64,000 bases of DNA, from contig OZ024741.1 in the NCBI GenBank assembly GCA_964016885.1, positions 63,488,001-63,552,000 of the forward strand, given 5' to 3'. Each line of letters starts with the position of its first letter. The first letter of the stretch is position 1. Under the pieces are notes generated by a model. That model saw nothing but the letters and a program-made list of their open reading frames with translations. It had not been told where the DNA came from and made no database searches. Below, one piece after another: positions 56,101 to 64,000 of the stretch. The position numbers and the translations under genes are program-made. The stretch comes from Eledone cirrhosa. Taxonomy: Eukaryota.

Positions 56101-56744
56101 TATATGCAATAATAAACAATTTACAATTTTAAATAATTGTAGAGCGAAATATTCTACTCGGAAAACTAAACAATGTAATTAGCTGATTCCCCCCTCCAAA
56201 GTAATGAACTTGTGCCTGTATAAGAAATTGTTATTTATAAGTGTCCAATTCTACTTACAGTACCTACCTATAATTAAACAAATTATAGAGTTCGGCAGAA
56301 AAGTAAAACACATATTTTCAGAACTGTGGTGGTAGCGGAAAACAAGCGATAGCTACATTCAAAGACGGTGAAAGGTTGTGATGGACACACGCAGACACAC
56401 TCACTTTCTTATGGATCTAAATCATTATTATTATTACTGGAGTCCCAGTCATTTATGTTATTTAACTGAACAGTTTGTTCGAATGAACATCAAGCCACTA
56501 CCTGCAGCCCCAGATATTCATGACATAACGGAGGTGTCTTGCTGTTCCCAGCAAGCACGCTTTTTGAAGTGTTCCAAAAAAGGGGATTGGACTAATGTTC
56601 TTTAATCATCCTTGAAAACTCTTCGAGATAGTACCTAGTGTTCCTAAGACAATCGGTACGAGCTTGATCTCATGAGGCTCCCCAATCCTTTTGAATTATC
56701 ATTATTATTATGATTATTATTATTATTATTATTATATATATATA

Positions 56745-58190
56745 TAATTCAAGAAAAAAGAGTGACATGGTTCGCTATACAATAATTGTTTCTACTTTTG
56801 GCACAAGGCCAGCAATTACCCAGTACATTGCTGACCATTGTTTCTTCGATCTGGTAGGTCTAGAGTTCGCTACCCGCCTGAATTTGCGTCAATCGATCTC
56901 CAATACATTGTTTATAACCAGTCGTTTTCATCGGAGCACGCGAAAGCGAAGGATATACACAAGGCATGGGTTTTATATAGGAGTGGTATTAAACCAGAAC
57001 AATAATATCAATAATAAAATAAAATAACTAGATAGTGAATAGTTAAAATAATAACATCAATATAAGTAAGAAATAGAGTATAATGGAGAATCTAGCATGT
57101 TAAACGAAATGATATTATACAGATGTATGAAATTGACATGTGAAAACTGCTATAGGGTACGTTAGATATAGTGTTAAGGTGGCGGAGATATAATAGTGAC
57201 AACTAAAATGTACTTGGGGTCAAGAATTATGAGGTGTGTGCTTTGCTGGCAATAAACCGGGGATTTCCTTATTGTCTGACAGATAAAGATTTTCGTAGTA
57301 TTAATTTAGTGATAATTGTTTCTACTTTAGGCACAAGGCCAGCAATTACCCAGTGCATTACTGGTACTTTATTTTATCGACCCCGTAAGGATGAAAGGCA
57401 AAGTCAACCTCGGCGGGATTTGAACTCAGATCGTAAAGGGACGTAATGATAGTTTTTATGTGGTGTTAAGTGGGGTTGTAGATTCGTTATTTAAGTGGCC
57501 TATATGAAAAGTAGGGATTGTTAGTTCGAATCATGGGGGGTTTAGTTTTCACAACATCAATAACAAATAGTGTATAAATAAGACAATAATAACAGTAATA
57601 GAGACAATAAAGGTAATAAAATAGTAAAATATGCATGGTAGATATAGAGAACATGATGAATAATATTAGGGATACATTGAGATGTTCATAATAATAATAA
57701 GAGGAAAGTGAGCTTTCAAGGAGTGTAGGAGTAACAAGATAATGTACTTAGAATTAAGTTCATCTGTTCTAGATCATGAGTGCTAATGTGAGATATAATT
57801 GTTTGGTCCTAAGTAGTGAACAACAGCAAAGTTGGGATTGATTTATGGGATGATAAGATAGTTGTAGACATATCCCAGTGGTATAGAATTAGGGAGGCTA
57901 GAAGGAGTTTATAGAAGATTATGTTCTGTAGTGGGCTGTATGAGAATGCGGATGTCAAATGTTAAATGCTAAGTGATGTTGGTTCGAATTACAGTGGTTT
58001 AAATCTCGAGAATTTAGTAGCAATCCTATGTCTGGTGAAAATTGACCTTTCTATTTTGCTGTTGAGTAGCATTTTATCGTTCCTTAAGATATGCAGCAAT
58101 TCAAGGTTGCAGAGTCCGCAATGGGACATACCACTGCTATAGGATTTTGCGGCCGCCTATTTCGACCAGCTAATATTATAATCAAGGTTT
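56745..58190 (-). mobile_element. Diverged PLE 3' end related to 28597-31226, interrupted by SINE pieces
   Basis: The minus strand reads AAAKSYSSGMSHCGLCNLELLHILRNDKMLLNSK. The UTR and pseudo-LTR are homologous to 28780-29770. Confidence 0.82.
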
Positions 58191-59769
58191 TTGTTCCTTT
58201 ATATATGTGTGTAATTCCCCTGGAACATCCTCCTTACTCGTCTTTCCCAAAAAGCATGAACAGAATTGATATTTTTGGTCTCGGAGGGTGTGTGAATGTC
58301 ATGGGCACTGACGTTTCCTCAACATTTACCAAGTAAAAAGAAATATGTGTTGCTCTTTGGTAGCTTTCATTCTTTGTATCAAATAATCAGTCTACTAGTC
58401 ATTTACTATCCATTCATCTATAAACTTTATTCAACAAACTTCAATTATATAATGTTTGCAATGAAAGAAGAAACAAAACATAAGGGAATTAAGGTTAAAG
58501 AGAGAGGGGTTGGCCGATTCTACATCCCATTTTGGGCAGTATCTCTCAGCTACACCTCGTGAACAAACTGGCGAATGCAGAGCCACGAGGAACAGCTAAC
58601 AACAGCATATAGGAGATCAAGGCCACCTGAGGTCTCGACAGTGGTCAATACGAATAGGAAGCGGTCGGTCAAGTCTCGGTATTTGTAAATATAGTCGTAT
58701 ATCATTTCTTGTATTAGTATGGCAGACTTGTGAGACTGTTGGACAGATGTTTAGCAGTATTTTCTCCGGTCCCTTACATTTTGAGTTCATATGCCACCGA
58801 TATCAACTTTGCTTTTCATCCTTACAAGGTGATAAAATAAAGTACCAATATCGCACTGGTTCGATTTAACCGACTTTCCCCTTCCCTTCAAATTGCTGGA
58901 CGTTTGCCAAAAGTAGAAACAATCATTTCTTGTATCAGTTATATTTATAACTGAGAACACCTCGCCCTAAAGTATAATATTTGTATAATATTTCAATTCG
59001 TTACTTTTATGTTTTTTTTTTGTTTTTTTTTTCTTTCCAGCAGTAAACATCAGATATTTATGGTATATTTCTAGAACGAGTTGGCTGGCGCCGTTATACA
59101 TGGTTACAAACCAAACTTTGTAATAGAATAGATAATTCAGAGCAAATTCAAGTGTTGATATGATCAGTTGCATCTCACTTCTGTAGTTCAATGAAACATT
59201 TATGAAAATCTCTAACACGAATATGTCTATCCACTCTTGTCGTTGAATGCCAACAAATTGAACAAGATTTATTGTAGCCATTATCTAAATATGTTTTTAA
59301 AATATGACTGAACCAATTTATTCTTTCTGAAAATTAAGCTCAAAGGTGTTTGAATCGCGACATTTCGGTAAATTTTAAATTTGCCAACAGATATAATATG
59401 ATTCTTTGCATGAAATTGTAAGTTTACATGGAATTTCGAATCAAATTTGAATTACTGTCACTGAAAGTAGAATTATATAATTGCGGGAGAACTTGCGAAT
59501 AATAAAAGCGTTGTCAAGCATTGTTTGATTATATTAAAATGAATATAACACATTGCATAATTTTCTGTCATCAGAAATAAGTTTACAACAATTCAAAGTT
59601 ATAAGGAAATACGATATTATAGTTTTGCTATAATCAAGATGTTTATACAACTACAAAGACATTGTGATAGATATTGATATCATAACGCTGGAGGACATTC
59701 GCTACATTCGTTCCATCAAGTCTATGATTCTGTTTGCTGCAACTGTTTCAAACAATTAACACGGCACCT

Positions 59770-60345
59770 TCGCCGCTCGTAATACTCAGGAGGCTGAATT
59801 AAGTGCAAGAATTGCAAAAGGTGGTGCAGTAATGCGCCAGCTTCAGCATTCAGTAATCAGAAAAAGGAAGGTATATGTAAAATCCAAACACGCTACTTTC
59901 AATTCGATATTCGTGTCTGCATTTGCCTATGGTCATGAATCTTGGGTAATGACCGAAAGAATATGATCGCGAATAAAAGCAGCCGAAATGGGATTCCTCA
60001 GAAGGGCCTTTGGAGTAACGTTACTCGTTAAAGTGCGTAAGTCGGTGAGCAGAGAGCTACTACGACTACAAATTGAGAGATCACAACACCGATACTATGG
60101 ACATGTGGTTAGAATGTCTCAGGAAATAATCGCTGGACAGATTTTACGGGCATAACCACCCGGCAACAGACCCAGGGGTAGACACTGAGCAAGATGGTTG
60201 GGTAACATCCATGGGCGTGGCTGGTCTCGCTTGTGGATCCAGCCTGATCAGTTGGGAAGGGTTGCTTCTGACAGGACCCACTGGAAGGAGTGTTTGAGGA
60301 TTTGCCCTCACGACCCTCTCGGTAATAATGGGCGCAGAAGAAGAA
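59770..60345 (+). pseudogene. RTE-clade LINE 3' fragment
   Basis: Translation gives ELSARIAKG..FAYGHESWVMT..IKAAEMGFLRR..YGHVVRM..RPRGR..W..DR..W, followed by a (GAA)n tail. Confidence 0.85.
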
Positions 60346-60690
60346 AAAGTCAATATAAAAAGAGATTCGTTACTCATCATCTGATACCTAGATCCTAATG
60401 AAGCCTTTAACTCAGAATGATGTCTATAATAGCGCCAGGATCAGACAGTCACTATAATGTGGTGGGCGTCTAGCAGTCAAGTCCGTAGTTACTCTTATAT
60501 GCCAACACACCTACACACCTACGCGCTTACCAGCCTCTAAAAAGTTAGGCAGCCAGGTTAAGTGGTTAAATATATGAATGTATATTCATAGGCACACACA
60601 TGTAGAAGCATATGTGTACACACACACATAAACAAAAAACACACACACACATGTAGAAGCATATGTGTACACACACACATAAACACAAAA

Positions 60691-60729
<39 letters not shown>

Positions 60730-60736
<7 letters not shown>

Positions 60737-61770
60737 CGTAAAATAAGAAAATTATAAAATTAACTTACTTACTAAAATATCACTTCCAACTAATTAGTTT
60801 CTGGAATGGAATAAATATATTTTCCGAAGAAAACATTGAGAATCATTCCGTCGTCAGGGAAGACTATTCTCATCTAAGTATCCAGGCAAAGCGTGGACTC
60901 TGGAAACTTATTAAAAAATAATTCAGTGGATAGAAAATAGCAAAGCGTGGACTGAATTCCTAGCCATTGAGAAAATCACTGCCTCTGCGTCGGTGGCAAA
61001 TTCAAAAAGAATCAATCGCGTGACATCGAGGTCAAACAGTGGAAAGTGGTTTGCTAATAAGACAGCGGCCTGCCTGCTACCATAGCAGCAGTCATGGCCA
61101 ATATTGCTCGACAAATAATTTGGAGATAATTATAAAGAATTAATATCTAGTAACATATATATACATACAGATGCATATCAATGCTAGCAAATATATAGCT
61201 TTTGTCTTAGTAACTTTGTGGTTCAATGCATGGGGTTGCAGAACAATAATATGAGAGACGTAAAATAAGAAAATTATAAAATTAACTTACTTACTAAAAT
61301 ATCACTTCCAACTAATTAGTTTCTGGAATGGAATAAATATATTTTCCGAAGAAAACACAGAGAATCATTCCGTCGTCAGGGAAGACTATTCTCATCTAAG
61401 TATCCAGGCAAAGCGTGGACTCTAGGAATTCAGTCCACGCTTTGCTATTTTCTATCCACTGAATTATTTTTTAATAAGTTTCCAGAGTCCACGCTTTGTC
61501 TGGATACTTAGATGAGAATAGTCTTCCCTGACGACGGAATGATTCTTTTTTGTTTTCTTCGGAAAATATATTTATTCCATTCCAGAAACTAATTAGTTGG
61601 AAGTGATATTTTAGTAAGTAAGTTAATTTTATAATTTTCTTATTTTACGTCTCTCATATTATTGTTCTGCAACCCCATGCATTGAACCACAAAGTTACTA
61701 AGACAAAACCTATATATTTGCTAGCATTGATATGCATCTGTATGTATATATATGTTACTAGATATTAATT

Positions 61771-61773
<3 letters not shown>
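60730..61773. repeat. Complex direct plus inverted duplication
   Basis: ~60730-60901 is repeated at ~61251-61423. ~61422-61657 is the reverse complement of ~60730-60963, and ~61485-61773 is the reverse complement of ~61134-61423. Confidence 0.88.
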
Positions 61774-61809
<36 letters not shown>

Positions 61810-61829
61810 CACTCATATATATATATATA

Positions 61830-62474
61830 GGCATACGTCAAAACACCCGGTCTCAAAAGTGAAACTAATTTTTGAGAGTTACGTACGTCATTGCTTTCAA
61901 TTTGGATTGTGAATTTGTTTGTTTTTTTACAACAGGTCTCAATAGTGAAAGTATAATGCAGACACACGCAATTGTATGGATTTCTTAATATATATATATG
62001 TGTGGGTGTGTATATGTGTATATATATGTGTGTGTGTATGTATATGTATATATATGTGTGTATGTATATATATGTGTGTGTTTGTATATATATATGTGTG
62101 TGTTTGTGTATATATATGTGTGCGTTTGTGTATATATATATGTGTTTGTGTATATATATATATATATGTGTGTTTGTATATATATATGTCATAGGTTAAC
62201 GTCTATCTTCCACGAAAGCATGGGTTTAGACGTATATATATGTTTGTGTGTATATATGTGTTTGTGTGTATATATATGTGTTTGTGTGTATATATGTGTC
62301 TGTATATATATATATGCATGTACACAATTGTATGGTTTTGTGAGTGTGTATACATGTATACACACACGCGTATGGATTTGTACATGTGTATATACATCTA
62401 TAAGTTTGTGGATGTGTGTATGGATCTGTAGATTTATACACCTGTATAAATTTGTGAATGTGTGTGAATGTATG

Positions 62475-62515
<41 letters not shown>

Positions 62516-63331
62516 CTGTATGGATTTGTGGAGGTGTGTATATGCATGCACGATCTTGTATCAATTTGTGGGTGTGTATATATGCATATACGCACGCTCG
62601 TGTGTGTTTGTGCATATACACATCTCTATAACCCACACAGTTTATATGCATATAAATAAGTATGGTATCCCGAAGGGGGTCAGGAAATATCCACAGTTAA
62701 ATAAGGGGCATACGTTAAGACGGGCGTTCCGGAAAGTGAAAGTAATTTTTGACAACACTGTGAATTTGTTTTTATTTTTTTTTACAACAGGTCTCACTAG
62801 TGAAAGTTACGATACACACGCAATTGTACGATACACACGCAATTGTATGGATTTCTTAATATATATATATATGTGTGGATGTGTATATGTGTGTATATAT
62901 GTGTGTACACTGTGAATTTGTTTGTTTATTTACAACAGGTCTCTATAGTGATATGGTGTTAATTAGTATTGCGTGTGTGATTATTTTTTCTTTTTCTTTT
63001 TTTGTGTATTGTGCCAACAACTTTGGCGAGATATTACAAAAACATATATACACACAAACATATATATACGTCTAAACCAATGCTTGCGTGGAAGATAGAC
63101 GTTAAACGATGATGATGACACAAACACATATATATATACAAACACACATATATATATACATACAGACACACATATATATACACACATATACACACCCACA
63201 CATATATATATATTAAGAAATCCATACAATTGCGTGTGTATCGTAACTTTCATTGTAAAAAAAAAAAAAAAAAATCACAGTGTTGTCAAAAATTACTTTC
63301 ACTTTCCGGAACGCCCGTCTTAACGTATGCC
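61830..63331. repeat. Nested inverted and direct repeats mixed with TG/CA microsatellite
   Basis: GGCATACGTTAAGACGGGCGTTCCGGAAAGTGAAAG at ~62708 is inverted at ~63297-63332. ~62195-62250 is inverted at ~63050-63104. Confidence 0.75.
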
Positions 63332-64000
63332 TAAATAAGGTACTCAATACGTTAGTGGAGAATAAGCATATTTGTTTTATATAGAAATGACTTCTGCAGG
63401 ACTAGAACTGTTTCATTCCTGACTCATCGCCACAAATTATTGACTTGAGCCAGTACATAACTGCTACTGTATTTTCTAAATTAAGTCTTGAAAATTTACC
63501 GTGCATCCTAGAGGATGCACGTCACATTTTTCATAAGTCAGTTTTAACTGGATATCGGAGTTTATCTACACGAGGCTAATTTAAATCCGTTTGCATGACC
63601 TCTGACCTTGTTTATTAGTTAAAACGGAAAATATTCATTATTACCTCGCTGCTTTCATTACTCACCCACTGAAACAATATTTAAACGTATTAAACGTGCA
63701 AATATGTACCCAGAGTGCTTATACCAAGGGTTATTTGTGAGGTTAACTTTGCCTTTCATCCATACAGAGGTCGATAAAATAAAGTACCAGTAATGTACTG
63801 AATAATTGCTGGCCTTGTGCCAAAAGTAGAAACAGTTATTTGTAATGAGGGCAATTGTTGATGGTGTTAATTAGTATTGCGTGTACGTGATAATTTTTTT
63901 TTATTCTTTTTTTGTGTATTGTGTGTATTGAACATTTTTTTTTAAATAATGACATTGTGTGTTGAAATAAATAAATATTAAAAATCCTTATTTAAATAAT

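Noticed and set aside
61520-61580. CTGACGA...GAAA hammerhead-like core in the 60730-61773 repeat
   Set aside because: No stem I complement follows the putative cleavage site.

Overview
This is an AT-rich, microsatellite-saturated animal genomic window, probably intronic or intergenic octopod (Octopus-like) DNA. That assignment is inferred from the dominant tRNA-derived SINE family. No intact host protein-coding gene is supported, and nearly all long ORFs in the track are (TA)n/(CA)n/(TG)n artefacts. The real content is retroelement debris: several Penelope-like elements (PLEs; RT plus GIY-YIG endonuclease), a degenerate L1/Tx1 LINE, RTE and R4/Dong LINE fragments, two SINE families and a TTAA (piggyBac-type) MITE. 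Reading both strands by eye reveals many self-cleaving ribozyme motifs: roughly 20 hammerhead (HHR) motifs, some intact and some variant or degenerate, plus one HDV-like fold. The most striking pattern is a recurring architecture shared by several unrelated families. Two copies of an HHR-bearing element 3' end sit as inverted repeats with their tails pointing outward, usually into (TA)n tracts, and often fold back inside the ribozyme itself. Coordinates were counted by hand and element boundaries are approximate. Ribozyme activity is untested.
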